Origin: Candidatus Saccharimonadota bacterium
GTDB lineage: Bacteria > Patescibacteriota > Saccharimonadia > Saccharimonadales > Saccharimonadaceae
Direction: 5' to 3'
NCBI GenBank assembly: GCA_027311865.1
Contig: DAICYC010000001.1
Coordinates: 33,880 to 97,879 of the forward strand
DNA: 64,000 nucleotides
The position numbers were made by a program, and so were the translations under genes. The notes beneath the pieces are model-generated. The model did not search any database, was not told the origin of the DNA, and saw only the letters and a program-made list of their open reading frames with translations. Numbering within the stretch: position 1 is the first letter of the stretch; each line of letters begins with the position of its first letter. Positions 18,361 to 27,951 of this stretch are shown here, piece by piece.

Positions 18361-18384
18361 AAGGCGCACCAAACGGTGCGCCTT
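18361..18384 (+). terminator. Intrinsic terminator hairpin
   Basis: AAGGCGCACC-aaac-GGTGCGCCTT followed by T-rich sequence. Confidence 0.6.
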
Positions 18385-18461
18385 TCAATTTGGTAACATC
18401 TTTGACGTCATCCTTATGCTTATGGTATAAAAAGGTAGAGGAAATCTGAAAATAAACAATT

Positions 18462-19175
18462 ATGGACATCATCAGCTCGCTCGCTATTATCAGCTTCGCG
18501 GCACTCATCCACGCTAGTTTTCAATTGAGCGTTAGTGTACTAACTCTCATATCTGGACACGCTCTCGGATCGCAAAAATCTCACCGACGACTAGTCGCTT
18601 TGACAGCCAGCTTCGTTTTTGGGGCGGTGTTGATGAGCCTTCTACTGCTATCAACCATTGCCCTAGTCGCTAATCAGTTCACAGATGGTTCGATTGGTAA
18701 TTATCTTTGGATTGCTGCTTGTAGCCTGCTTATAGGTGTCGGCTTCGCAGTTATGTTTCTCTACTATCGCAACGAAGACGGCACGGGCCTATGGATACCT
18801 GAATCATTCGCCGACTACTTGATGCGTCGCACCAAAGCCACCAAGAGCACTACCGAAACCTTTGCCCTCGGTCAAACTAGCGTTATCAGCGAAATCTTAT
18901 TCATCAGCGCACCTCTTTTGGTCAGCGCCCTGACATTGGTTCAGCTTCCGGCCGGCTGGCAACTAATCGGTATTGCTGTTTATGCTGTCATTTCAGCGCT
19001 GCCGTTAATCCTTATTTGGATTTTGGTCAACAGCGGTCATCGTCTCAGCGCCATTCAAAAATGGCGTGAAAGTAACAAGCACTTCATTCAGCTAGCTTCC
19101 GGCAGCGGCTTAATTATTCTAGCTGTATTTGTCTATACTTGGATGGTTTTATCGAGCGGAGTTAATCTGAGCTAA
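18462..19175 (+). CDS. Polytopic integral membrane protein, family not recognised
   Basis: 237 aa with about six hydrophobic helices. Confidence 0.55.
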   Translation: MDIISSLAIISFAALIHASFQLSVSVLTLISGHALGSQKSHRRLVALTASFVFGAVLMSLLLLSTIALVANQFTDGSIGNYLWIAACSLLIGVGFAVMFLYYRNEDGTGLWIPESFADYLMRRTKATKSTTETFALGQTSVISEILFISAPLLVSALTLVQLPAGWQLIGIAVYAVISALPLILIWILVNSGHRLSAIQKWRESNKHFIQLASGSGLIILAVFVYTWMVLSSGVNLS

Positions 19176-19468
19176 TGAATGACTTGGGTGGGCCAACAAT
19201 CATTATCAAGCAGCGGCACCACAAAGGTGCGGAACAATTTGATCAAGCCAAACTGCACAAGAGTCTGGTCGCGGCCTGCCTGGAAGCCGGCAGTCCAAAC
19301 GGACATGCCGACCAATTAGCTCGACGAGTTGTGGATTCAGTCATCTTGTGGCTCAAAGATCATCCCGAAGTCACTAGTCAGGACGTTCGTCGAGCGGCCG
19401 CTCGGTATTTGCGAATCTATCATCCTGACGCAGCTTATCTTTATGAACATCACCGTAAAATTCTTTAA
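19175..19468 (+). CDS. Stand-alone ATP-cone-like domain protein (tentative)
   Basis: 97 aa with IIIKQRHHKGAEQFDQAKLHKSL...VTSQDVRRAAARYL, resembling the ATP-cone pattern (V-K-R-x-G-x-x-E-x-F-x-x-x-K-I). Confidence 0.5.
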   Translation: MNDLGGPTIIIKQRHHKGAEQFDQAKLHKSLVAACLEAGSPNGHADQLARRVVDSVILWLKDHPEVTSQDVRRAAARYLRIYHPDAAYLYEHHRKIL

Positions 19469-19485
19469 TAGGAGATCTCGTTACT

Positions 19486-20862
19486 ATGGCCACTAAACAC
19501 ACTTTTGACTACGACCTGATTGTAATTGGCAGCGGCGCTGGTGGCAGTGCAGCCGCCACAATTGCAGCACGTGACGGTAAACGAGTGGCCATCGTTGAAA
19601 ATGACACCTTCGGTGGCGAATCACCCAATTGGAGCGATGTACCGACCAAAGCCTTGATTCATGTCGCTCGACTCTACGACGAAGCCCGTCACGCCAGTCG
19701 ATTTGGACTTCGGACCTCAACTCTCGGCTACAATTACCCGTCTATTCGAGCCTGGAAAGAACAAGCCGTCAAGCGAACCGGGGCCGCCAACAATCGCCGC
19801 TACTATGAAAACAATGGCATCAGTGCCTTTCACGGCACCGCTCGCTTCATCAGTCCGCACGAAATCACCGTCAATCGACGCCATTTGTCAGCTAGCAACT
19901 TCCTTATCGCCACCGGCTCCAGTTGGATGGTTCCAAAAATCCAAGGCTTGACGGAAATTGACTATTTCACGCCGCGGACCATTCTCGAAGCGATTCGACC
20001 GCCAAAGAGTCTGGCTGTTATTGGCGCTGGTTCACACGGCGTTGAGATTGCCAACCTCATGGCGACTTTTGGAACTAAAGTCCACCTGATTGATAAAGCC
20101 AGCCGCATTTTACCAAACTTCGATAAAGAGGTCGGTGAATTAATCGAAAAGAATCTGACTGACCGTAAAGGCGTATCCGTCTTGACCCATAGCCGAGTAT
20201 TGTCGGTAAGCAAAGAAGGTATCAGCAAGCGAGTCCTGATCGATCGCGGCGGCAGCGAACGTTCCATCAAAGTCGACGAAATATTAATTGCCACCGGCCG
20301 CCGTGCCAATGTCGACCTTGGCCTCGAGAATGCTTCCGTCGCCTATACAGCTGATGGCATTAAGGTGTCCGACACCCTTCAAACTAGCAATCGTCACATC
20401 TATGCAGCCGGCGATGTCATCGGTCGTGTCAAAACGACCCATACCGCACTGCTCGAGAGTCGGGTAGTCGCCCATAATGTCTTTAACCGCACCAAGGTCA
20501 CGCCCGATTACACCGCGACACCTAATATTGTTTTCGCTTATCCGGAAATCGCCCATGTTGGCTGGAGTGAGGATGACTGTCGACGTCGTGATTTAAATAT
20601 TAACAAAACCATCGCTCCGCTGTCGATTATTGCTCGGAGCAACACGGCTGACTACCGTGACGGCTTTGTCAAACTCATCACCGATAAAAAAGGCATCATC
20701 ATTGGCGGCACTGTTGTCTCTCCGCACGCCGGTGAGATGATTCACGAAATCGGGCTGGCGATTAAACACGGCCTGTCCGCTAAAGATTTAGCTGATACTC
20801 CGCACGCCTTCTTGTCGTGGTCTGAAGCTGTCCGTGTCGCCGCCTCCCGACTCAGCGCTTAG
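19486..20862 (+). CDS. Class I pyridine nucleotide-disulfide oxidoreductase homologue (dihydrolipoyl dehydrogenase-like) lacking the redox-active CxxxxC
   Basis: FAD motif VIGSGAGGSAAA and NAD motif VIGAGSHGVEIA. The C-terminal dimerisation region keeps His and Glu. The GGTCLNVGCIPSK block reads GGESPNWSDVPTK. Confidence 0.8.
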   Translation: MATKHTFDYDLIVIGSGAGGSAAATIAARDGKRVAIVENDTFGGESPNWSDVPTKALIHVARLYDEARHASRFGLRTSTLGYNYPSIRAWKEQAVKRTGAANNRRYYENNGISAFHGTARFISPHEITVNRRHLSASNFLIATGSSWMVPKIQGLTEIDYFTPRTILEAIRPPKSLAVIGAGSHGVEIANLMATFGTKVHLIDKASRILPNFDKEVGELIEKNLTDRKGVSVLTHSRVLSVSKEGISKRVLIDRGGSERSIKVDEILIATGRRANVDLGLENASVAYTADGIKVSDTLQTSNRHIYAAGDVIGRVKTTHTALLESRVVAHNVFNRTKVTPDYTATPNIVFAYPEIAHVGWSEDDCRRRDLNINKTIAPLSIIARSNTADYRDGFVKLITDKKGIIIGGTVVSPHAGEMIHEIGLAIKHGLSAKDLADTPHAFLSWSEAVRVAASRLSA

Positions 20863-20906
20863 GGTCTTGTCACCCCTCTTCCAATCTGATATGATAGGGA
20901 ACGTAT

Positions 20907-20984
20907 CGCGGGGTGGAGCAGCCCGGTCAGCTCGTGTGGCTCATAACCACAAGGTCGTAGGTTCAAATCCTACCCCCGCAACCA
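20907..20984 (+). tRNA. Initiator tRNA-fMet (CAU)
   Basis: CGCGGGGTGGAGCAGCC...CTCATAA...GGTTCAAATCC...CCCCGCAACCA. A C1-A72 mismatch and near identity to the E. coli metZ architecture. Confidence 0.92.
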
Positions 20985-21143
20985 AGTAAGCAGTCGATCC
21001 CTGAGATCGGCTTTTTACTTGCACTCTTCCATTTCTGCCGAATTTGTGCTATAATTAATCTATTGTCTAATGATCTTGGGTGCTGTAAATGCATGAACTC
21101 GATATCATGCACAATCAGTAACTACAATTAATCAAGGAATTAT

Positions 21144-22355
21144 ATGCCTTATACTTATCGATCTGGTCGACCAGGTGCTTCACGCCGTCCGACCAAAAAT
21201 CGTCGTGCCCCACAAAACTCACGTAAACGGGGTTACATCGACCCGGCTCGCTTTATCGCGGCCGCCAAAAACACCGCAACTTCAGTTGCTTACGAACCGA
21301 AACATCAATTCAGCGATTTTGATGTCAATCCTTTGATTGCTGCCAATTTACAGGCCAAAGGCTACACCACACCATCACCAATTCAGGATCAAGCCATCCC
21401 TCACGGACTGGCCGGCCGGGACGTTCTCGGACTAGCTAGTACCGGCACCGGCAAAACTGCCGCTTTCGCCGTGCCTGTCTTGAATAAAATGATGGCCGAC
21501 CCTGATAGTTCAGCCATAATCATCGCGCCAACCCGCGAACTAGCTGAGCAGATTGAAGCTGAGTTTCGCAGTATCGGCAAAGGTAGCCGCCTCATGGGTG
21601 CTCTCTTAATCGGTGGTAGCTCAATGCGTACCCAGCTACTTGATCTCAAAGCCGGTGCTCGTATCATCATTGGTACACCAGGTCGAATCAAAGACCACCT
21701 CGAACGAGGCACCTTGAAACTCGACAACTTCTCAATTGCGGTTCTCGACGAGGTTGATCGCATGCTTGACATGGGTTTTATCGGTGACATTCGCCATATT
21801 CTTAGCCACATGCCAAACGATCGCCAATCATTCTTCTTTTCGGCAACCATCACACCAGCCATTCGAACACTCATCGACGGCTTTACCGACGATCCTGTTA
21901 CCGTAAAGATCGAATCATCACGAGCCTCGGAAAATGTCCACCAGGACGTTATTCGCTACAACGACCGGTCGGACAAGTTCGCCAAACTCAAAGAAGTCCT
22001 GGCGCACGAATCAGTTAGCAAAGCCATCATTTTCGATGAAACTCAACGTGGCGTCGAACGCCTCTACAAGTCGCTCGAAGAACACGGCTTCGCCGTTGAT
22101 TCAATGCATGGCGGCAAATCACAAGGTCAGCGCCAACGAGCCTTGCGTAAATTCAAGCAATCAGAAGTTAACTTCTTGGTCGCTACCGATGTAGCGGCTC
22201 GTGGTATCGACGTTGCCGACATCACGCACGTCATTAACTACTCGACACCCGAAGTCTACGACGACTATATTCACCGCATCGGTCGAGCTGGTCGAGCTGG
22301 CAAAACCGGCTACTCGTTCACCTTCGTTGAATCCCGCGGCACCGCTCACTTTTAG
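21144..22355 (+). CDS. DEAD-box ATP-dependent RNA helicase (motif II reads DEVD)
   Basis: Q motif, AxTGTGKT, PTRELA, DEVD, SAT and HRIGRAGRAG motifs. Confidence 0.9.
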   Translation: MPYTYRSGRPGASRRPTKNRRAPQNSRKRGYIDPARFIAAAKNTATSVAYEPKHQFSDFDVNPLIAANLQAKGYTTPSPIQDQAIPHGLAGRDVLGLASTGTGKTAAFAVPVLNKMMADPDSSAIIIAPTRELAEQIEAEFRSIGKGSRLMGALLIGGSSMRTQLLDLKAGARIIIGTPGRIKDHLERGTLKLDNFSIAVLDEVDRMLDMGFIGDIRHILSHMPNDRQSFFFSATITPAIRTLIDGFTDDPVTVKIESSRASENVHQDVIRYNDRSDKFAKLKEVLAHESVSKAIIFDETQRGVERLYKSLEEHGFAVDSMHGGKSQGQRQRALRKFKQSEVNFLVATDVAARGIDVADITHVINYSTPEVYDDYIHRIGRAGRAGKTGYSFTFVESRGTAHF

Positions 22356-22768
22356 TGAGCGTGTTCAGCGGCGTCAGCTTCTTCCTTGGTGACATGAACC
22401 GTACCATGATCGTGCTCGGGCGGACTATAAATTGAATAAACCTTGAGTGGTTCTTCGCCGCTGTTGACGAGGTTATGCCACGTGCCGGCCGGTACTAACA
22501 CAACGTCATCATCCGATGCCGTCCACTCTTCGAGTTCATCACGTGACGGTCCCATATAAACTGTTGCCTGGCCGGCCTCAATCCGCAGAAACTGGTCATG
22601 ATCATCGTGAACCTCGAGTCCAATATCATGCCCTGGCAAGATGCTCATCACCGTCAACTGCATATACTGACCGGTCCACAAAGTTGTCCGGTAGTTTGGG
22701 TTGTTAATAGTGGCACCCTCAATATTAAAGACACTTGGCGCTGGCCCCTTATCGATACTATCGTTCAT
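22352..22768 (-). CDS. Cupin domain protein
   Basis: His-rich cupin motifs (GLEVHDDHDQFLRIEAG ... VPAGTWHN). Confidence 0.75.
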   Translation of the reverse strand: MNDSIDKGPAPSVFNIEGATINNPNYRTTLWTGQYMQLTVMSILPGHDIGLEVHDDHDQFLRIEAGQATVYMGPSRDELEEWTASDDDVVLVPAGTWHNLVNSGEEPLKVYSIYSPPEHDHGTVHVTKEEADAAEHAH

Positions 22769-22779
22769 AGATTCTCCTT

Positions 22780-23100
22780 TTACGATCCTAACCGATTGAC
22801 TAGTAACACTACTAATACTACCGCTATCACATTAAGAATAAATGAAATTACCACTAACCGCCTCGTCCAACCACCAGACTGTCGGTACGCGACATAGCCC
22901 GCCACCAATGAGGCCAGCGTCGTAACGGGAGCCACAAAGATTAACATCAAGAACAAGCCAATCGATTGAATCAGATAGTCGCCAAAATCATATTGCGGCG
23001 TATCAACACTGAACTTAACTGTCAACAACAACGTTGTAATAATTATCAAAGAGGGGAGGGCCAAACATAGACTAGCCCACGCTAAACGGTATTTGGTCAT
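22780..23100 (-). CDS. Small polytopic membrane protein
   Basis: Start set at the ATG (MTKYRLAW) so that it does not overlap the upstream ftsB-like gene. Three hydrophobic helices. Confidence 0.5.
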   Translation of the reverse strand: MTKYRLAWASLCLALPSLIIITTLLLTVKFSVDTPQYDFGDYLIQSIGLFLMLIFVAPVTTLASLVAGYVAYRQSGGWTRRLVVISFILNVIAVVLVVLLVNRLGS

Positions 23101-23102
23101 AC

Positions 23103-23549
23103 CTAACTCGCCTCTTCGGAGGTTATGCGGCGGTGGTGACCGCCAAACAAAAAGTTGACCCATTGCTCAAAGTTGCTTGGCTCAACGACACCCGACAAAC
23201 CGCTCCGCGTCTGAGAATCTTCATCTGCCGACGAGGGCGGCAAAATTAACACATGCTCACCAGGCTGGACCAGACCGAGCGCCTCCCGGGCCTTCAACTC
23301 CTGGTATTCGGCTGTCTGGTAATAGCGTCGCTCAAGCGACAGATTATCACGCTGTAGCGTCGCCAGCTCCAGCTGACGCTGTTTCAAATCAATCTCCCGC
23401 TGACGGGCGTAATTGGCCTGCATCGTCTCCAGAGAGCCCCAAATAAAGCTCAAGGCTATGAATAGACCAATCAGCAGCACTAAGTTCTGTGAATTCCAGA
23501 AACGATGCTTGAAATGGCGCAGTTGAGTTGAGATATCTTTATATTTCAT
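23103..23549 (-). CDS. Septum formation initiator (FtsB/DivIC family)
   Basis: One TM followed by a leucine-zipper-like coiled coil and the motif EYQELKAREALGLVQPGE. Confidence 0.65.
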   Translation of the reverse strand: MKYKDISTQLRHFKHRFWNSQNLVLLIGLFIALSFIWGSLETMQANYARQREIDLKQRQLELATLQRDNLSLERRYYQTAEYQELKAREALGLVQPGEHVLILPPSSADEDSQTRSGLSGVVEPSNFEQWVNFLFGGHHRRITSEEAS

Positions 23550-23642
23550 AATGGCTACCTAGCCGCTTAAGCTAATTATAGCGCAGACCGAGGTGAAAGA
23601 CGAGCTTCTCCCCTCCTCGGTCGTGGTATAATGTCTAAGCAC

Positions 23643-23718
23643 GGGGCTGTAGCTCATCGGTTAGAGCAGGCGGCTCATAACCACTTGGTAGATGGTTCGA
23701 TTCCATCCAGCCCCACCA
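23643..23718 (+). tRNA. tRNA with CAU anticodon (Met, or Ile2 after lysidine modification)
   Basis: GGGGCTG acceptor pairs with CAGCCCC, CTCATAA loop, GGTTCGATTCC T-arm, encoded CCA. A TGGTATAAT extended -10 lies upstream. Confidence 0.88.
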
Positions 23719-23770
23719 ATAAAAAATAACCCGACGAATGCGGGTTGTTTTTTATTTAGTCGACCGGTCG

Positions 23771-24277
23771 CTAGAAATTGTATTTGCCTTTTTTTCGTTT
23801 CTCAATGCCTTTTTGACGATAAGCTTCCAGATAGGCAATTTCCTTGTCTTTCTCAGATTCGGACAGATTATTGTCGGCCAGTATCTTCTCTCTTTGCGCT
23901 TGATAGAGTTCCAGGCGAGCCTTTTCGGCGCCAGTGCGATTAATCTGATCGTACTCGCGTCGATTCAGCACAGCAATCTTAGGTTCCGGCGAAACAATCC
24001 CATCGGCCGCTAAACACGCCTCGGCCATCCGGTAGCTGATTCCACGTTTGTCGGCATACTCCTCTAGCTTGGTATTAAAAGCGTCGAGCTCACGTTCGAG
24101 CTTTGCGCGCTCTTCCTCAGCTGACTGATTGTCGACGAGACTCGAGTTTGGCGAGACGGGGGTTGAGTTGTCGTAGACATCTTCAGTGGCTTGATCCGCC
24201 TCAAACAGCGGCTCTTGATAAGATTCCCTAATAGCGTTGTCGTTTTGGCTCCGATTGTCGCTTGGAAATTGTTCCAT
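23771..24277 (-). CDS. Acidic protein with a C-terminal coiled coil, unknown function
   Basis: Start placed at MEQFPS (24277), because a consensus promoter lies inside the longer ORF. Confidence 0.5.
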   Translation of the reverse strand: MEQFPSDNRSQNDNAIRESYQEPLFEADQATEDVYDNSTPVSPNSSLVDNQSAEEERAKLERELDAFNTKLEEYADKRGISYRMAEACLAADGIVSPEPKIAVLNRREYDQINRTGAEKARLELYQAQREKILADNNLSESEKDKEIAYLEAYRQKGIEKRKKGKYNF

Positions 24278-24284
24278 AGTGCGG

Positions 24285-24313
24285 ACTATAGCATAATTAC
24301 TTTGAAATGTCAA
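24285..24313 (-). promoter_or_regulatory. Sigma70-type promoter TTGACA-17-TATAGT, 7 nt upstream of the ATG (leaderless arrangement)
   Basis: Minus strand reads TTGACA tttcaaagtaattatgc TATAGT ccgcact ATG. Confidence 0.5.
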
Positions 24314-24423
24314 TAATCTCATCTGTTAATTACTAACAAAAAATCACCCCCCATTTGGGAGGGTGACTTTTGGCACCTGTTTGTTTAGCTCTAGTATATG
24401 TCCAAAGAGCTTAACGTTCAAGC

Positions 24424-24630
24424 TTATTTTTTCTTAGATACGGTCAAGAAGCCGTTACGTGGATTTTCCTTAACAACGCGGTCGGCTGGAAGGTCGACTG
24501 GTGTTCCCTTGGCGTTCTTTTCAACTTTCGCGAAAAAGTAGATAGTCTGTGGTTTGCCACCACGAAGAGTAACTTCGGTGCTGTGCAGGTAGTATGTAAC
24601 GCCCTTAGAGTTTGTGTGACTGTAAGCCAT
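24424..24630 (-). CDS. Conserved small basic protein (68 aa), unknown function
   Basis: AGGAGG SD upstream and a terminator hairpin downstream (about 24338-24370). MAYSHTNSKGVTYYLHS... resembles a widespread small-protein family. Confidence 0.6.
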   Translation of the reverse strand: MAYSHTNSKGVTYYLHSTEVTLRGGKPQTIYFFAKVEKNAKGTPVDLPADRVVKENPRNGFLTVSKKK

Positions 24631-24701
24631 GGTAAATCTTATACCTCCTATTAGTGCTGTACGGTGTTAGCGTACTACTAGAGGTGTACCCCTGTCAACA
24701 C

Positions 24702-25334
24702 TTAAACCTGCTTATAGTGTCGTTTCAGCAGTAATCGCAGAACGGCTAGGCTAATTAAGCGCCCAACTATCAGTAGTGCGACCAGGGCGGCGACTAGCAC
24801 CGACCAACCGGCAAAATCCGGCGACCAGGTTGGATCGACGTAGCTGTGGATATAGGCTTCTTGGCGTGGTTTGTCGTTACCATCGGTTGGTTCGGTTGCC
24901 GCTGGATATTTAGCTAACTCCGCTGTTGTACACTGTAAATACGCCGATGAATAGCTGCTAAATTGCGGGGCGCAGACCTGCTGGGCCTTGAGATAGATAT
25001 TGCCGTTTGGATTGCTATCACCATACTGCTGCGACTGCCATTGCTGCAGGGCTCGATTATAACTGGCTTCAAGATAAACTCCCCGGCCAAGGTCGGTATT
25101 CATATGCCGCGACACATAACGTTGTAAGTCATACAACCTATTTACTAATGCCTCCTCGTCACCAGCCTCATCAGCCGCAATGACCGCCGCACGACGCTCA
25201 ATCATGCCGATATTATTGATTCTGAGAAATGTCGCCGCCACAAACGAAACCAACAACAACACAATCACCAGCTGCCAAGTCTTGACCTGCTGGAGACTCT
25301 TTATTCGCGCCGAGATTGGATTTGTGTTCGCCAC
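24702..25334 (-). CDS. Bitopic membrane protein with an extracytoplasmic domain, unknown function
   Basis: TM helices near both termini and Cys-containing central domain. Confidence 0.5.
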   Translation of the reverse strand: MANTNPISARIKSLQQVKTWQLVIVLLLVSFVAATFLRINNIGMIERRAAVIAADEAGDEEALVNRLYDLQRYVSRHMNTDLGRGVYLEASYNRALQQWQSQQYGDSNPNGNIYLKAQQVCAPQFSSYSSAYLQCTTAELAKYPAATEPTDGNDKPRQEAYIHSYVDPTWSPDFAGWSVLVAALVALLIVGRLISLAVLRLLLKRHYKQV

Positions 25335-25381
25335 GATGCGTCGCTCTGCCCCACCTTACTGATTATGCTTATTGTAACATG

Positions 25382-26605
25382 TCAGCGACGATAAATCGGG
25401 AAGCGAGCCGTCAAAATCAGGAGCGCGACAGCCGAAGCAATCATAAACAAGCCATAGAAGCCCGAAACGCCTTCACCTACGACTAACATAATAATCATCA
25501 AAGCCAACGCGGCGGCACCGGCGCCGATGTTAGCGACGGCCTCAACCACACCGATATATAACGTTCGTCGACCAGATAAATCGGCGTTATCAAATACGCC
25601 GCGGTGATGAGCCAAAATGTAACCAGTCTTGGCTAGCTCATTAACCGCGTTAAAGCCAGCCGTCGTAAACGGACTCCATATCATCAAGCGAGCCAGATGG
25701 CTGACCGAATTGGCAACGGCACTGATATGCATCAGCTCACGGCCCTTACGGCGATCAATCAGTTTACCGTAAATATACGACGAAATCAGCGCGGCTAGGA
25801 AAATGACCGACATCAAGATACCGTTAACAAAATAAACTTCATTGTCGCCATTAGCGACGCCGATAATGAATATTGCCGTAAACAACGACCACGCCGTTCC
25901 GGAAACAAACACATCAAAGCCAAAAGCGAACTGGCTCCAGCCCATACTGCGAACGAGGTGCCAAGGAAAACCCTTAAAGGTCAGGCGCTGCCGCGGTTTG
26001 ACCACCTCAGCGGTCCGTAACAGTGGAATCGCCGACAACAGAAACAGTGCGGCGGTCACGATTAAGACTAGTTGTGGCCCAACCCACAGGGCCAAGGCAC
26101 CACCAGCCAGTGGACTCAAACCGGCGGCGATTTTCTCAATCATGTGCATATAGGCCAATTCCTTACCGGCGTGCTGATCGCTCTTGACCTTTGAAAAGTC
26201 GACATTGTAAGCAATACCATATAGAATCGCCGACAAACTCTGAAATATCAGCACAGCCCCTAGCATTGGCTGACCATATTCGGGAACCAGAGCAAAAGCC
26301 ACCATTGACGGGATGAACAAGATATTGGAAATCAGAATCGAATGCTTCGGTCCAATCCAAGCCGACAAGATACTGGCTGGTATTGCCATAGCAATCTTTA
26401 TAAAATAGAAACCAGCCCAAAAGCCCGCAATGAATGCCACACTGTAGCCCTCTTGGTATAGATAGATTGAGATAAAGCTGGCCGCGATATTGAGAGCGAC
26501 CATTCGGAGCAATCGCGACATGTAGAGGTCGCCGATCTCACCAAAGGTAGCATAACGCCAAAAATGGCGGCGCATAAATAAAAGTCTCAGAGCGTTTCGA
26601 AGCAT
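25382..26605 (-). CDS. MFS-type transporter
   Basis: 407 aa with about 12 TM helices in a 6+6 arrangement. Confidence 0.65.
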   Translation of the reverse strand: MLRNALRLLFMRRHFWRYATFGEIGDLYMSRLLRMVALNIAASFISIYLYQEGYSVAFIAGFWAGFYFIKIAMAIPASILSAWIGPKHSILISNILFIPSMVAFALVPEYGQPMLGAVLIFQSLSAILYGIAYNVDFSKVKSDQHAGKELAYMHMIEKIAAGLSPLAGGALALWVGPQLVLIVTAALFLLSAIPLLRTAEVVKPRQRLTFKGFPWHLVRSMGWSQFAFGFDVFVSGTAWSLFTAIFIIGVANGDNEVYFVNGILMSVIFLAALISSYIYGKLIDRRKGRELMHISAVANSVSHLARLMIWSPFTTAGFNAVNELAKTGYILAHHRGVFDNADLSGRRTLYIGVVEAVANIGAGAAALALMIIMLVVGEGVSGFYGLFMIASAVALLILTARFPIYRR

Positions 26606-26685
26606 ATGTTTGTGTTGGAACCTTTAATTCCATTACACCACGGATCAGTCTCTTGAGCAAGCTTGGCCGGTGTTATACTGATTGT

Positions 26686-27951
26686 ATGAACATCTTCTTT
26701 TCTGGGATTGGCGGCGTCGGTATCGGTCCACTCGCCGAAATCGCGCACGACATGGGCCATCAAGTCGCCGGCTCCGACATGTACGATAGCTTAACGACGG
26801 CCGAGCTTCGACGGGTCGGTATCGACGTTCATATCGGCCAAGATGGCTCTTTTCTCGAGGATTCCCACAATCACACCAACATCGACTGGTACGTCTATAC
26901 CGCAGCCCTACCGGCCGATCACCCGGAATTGACCAAGGCCCGTCAGCTAGGTATCCACACCGCTAAACGCGATGAACTTCTAGCTCATCTGATTAAAGAA
27001 AAAGACCTCAAACTAATTGCCATATCGGGCACCCATGGCAAAACAACCACGACCGGCATGGCCGTCTGGACACTCCAGCAGCTCGGCGTTCCGGTCAGCT
27101 ATTCGGTCGGATCAACTCTCTCTTTCGGACCGAGCGGGCATTACGATACCGATAGTGAATATTTCGTCTATGAATGTGATGAATTCGATCGCAATTTTCT
27201 CCACTTTCAGCCACACTTGTCGCTGCTAACGGCCGTTGACTACGATCATCCCGACACCTACCCGACCGAAGAGTCTTATATCGAAGCGTTTCAAACTTTT
27301 ATCAATCAATCGGCTGATACTATTTTATGGCGACGTGATGCCGATTATCTGTCAGTTGACGATCATTCCGGTATCCAAATCCTGGACGAGAGCTACACGT
27401 ATAATTTTGACTTGCCTGGTGACCACAATCGACGCAACGCCACCTTGGTTCTCGAAGCCTGTCGCCAGCTCGGCCTAGCCAGTGATAATCGAATCATCGA
27501 TTCACTCAACAATTTTCCTGGCACCGACCGTCGGTTTCAAAAACTGGCCGACAACCTCTTCAGTGACTACGGACATCACCCAAAAGAAATCGTCGCCACC
27601 CTACAGCTGGCCCGTGAAGTCGCCAACAAGATTGCGCTAGTCTATCAACCTCATCAAAATATCCGCCAACACGAACTACTCGGTCAGTACAAGGATGAGT
27701 TTAACCAAGCCGATGTCGTCTATTGGCTACCAACCTATCTTTCCCGCGAAAATCCTGATCTTGAGATTCTATCACCCGAACAGCTAATCGCGAGTATTCC
27801 TCAGCGTGATCATATTAAAATTGCTGACCTCGATAATGACTTGTGGGCCGAGATTCAGAAATTGCGCCAACGAGATTATCTAGTCTTGTGTATGGGCGCC
27901 GGGACTATCGACGGCTGGGTTCGACAAAAATTAGCCGAGCCTACTGCGTAA
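26686..27951 (+). CDS. murC: UDP-N-acetylmuramate--L-alanine ligase (Mur ligase family)
   Basis: IFFSGIGGVGIGPLAEIA N-terminal Rossmann block and ISGTHGKTTTTGM P-loop. Start at the ATG 6 nt after TGTTATACT. Confidence 0.75.
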   Translation: MNIFFSGIGGVGIGPLAEIAHDMGHQVAGSDMYDSLTTAELRRVGIDVHIGQDGSFLEDSHNHTNIDWYVYTAALPADHPELTKARQLGIHTAKRDELLAHLIKEKDLKLIAISGTHGKTTTTGMAVWTLQQLGVPVSYSVGSTLSFGPSGHYDTDSEYFVYECDEFDRNFLHFQPHLSLLTAVDYDHPDTYPTEESYIEAFQTFINQSADTILWRRDADYLSVDDHSGIQILDESYTYNFDLPGDHNRRNATLVLEACRQLGLASDNRIIDSLNNFPGTDRRFQKLADNLFSDYGHHPKEIVATLQLAREVANKIALVYQPHQNIRQHELLGQYKDEFNQADVVYWLPTYLSRENPDLEILSPEQLIASIPQRDHIKIADLDNDLWAEIQKLRQRDYLVLCMGAGTIDGWVRQKLAEPTA

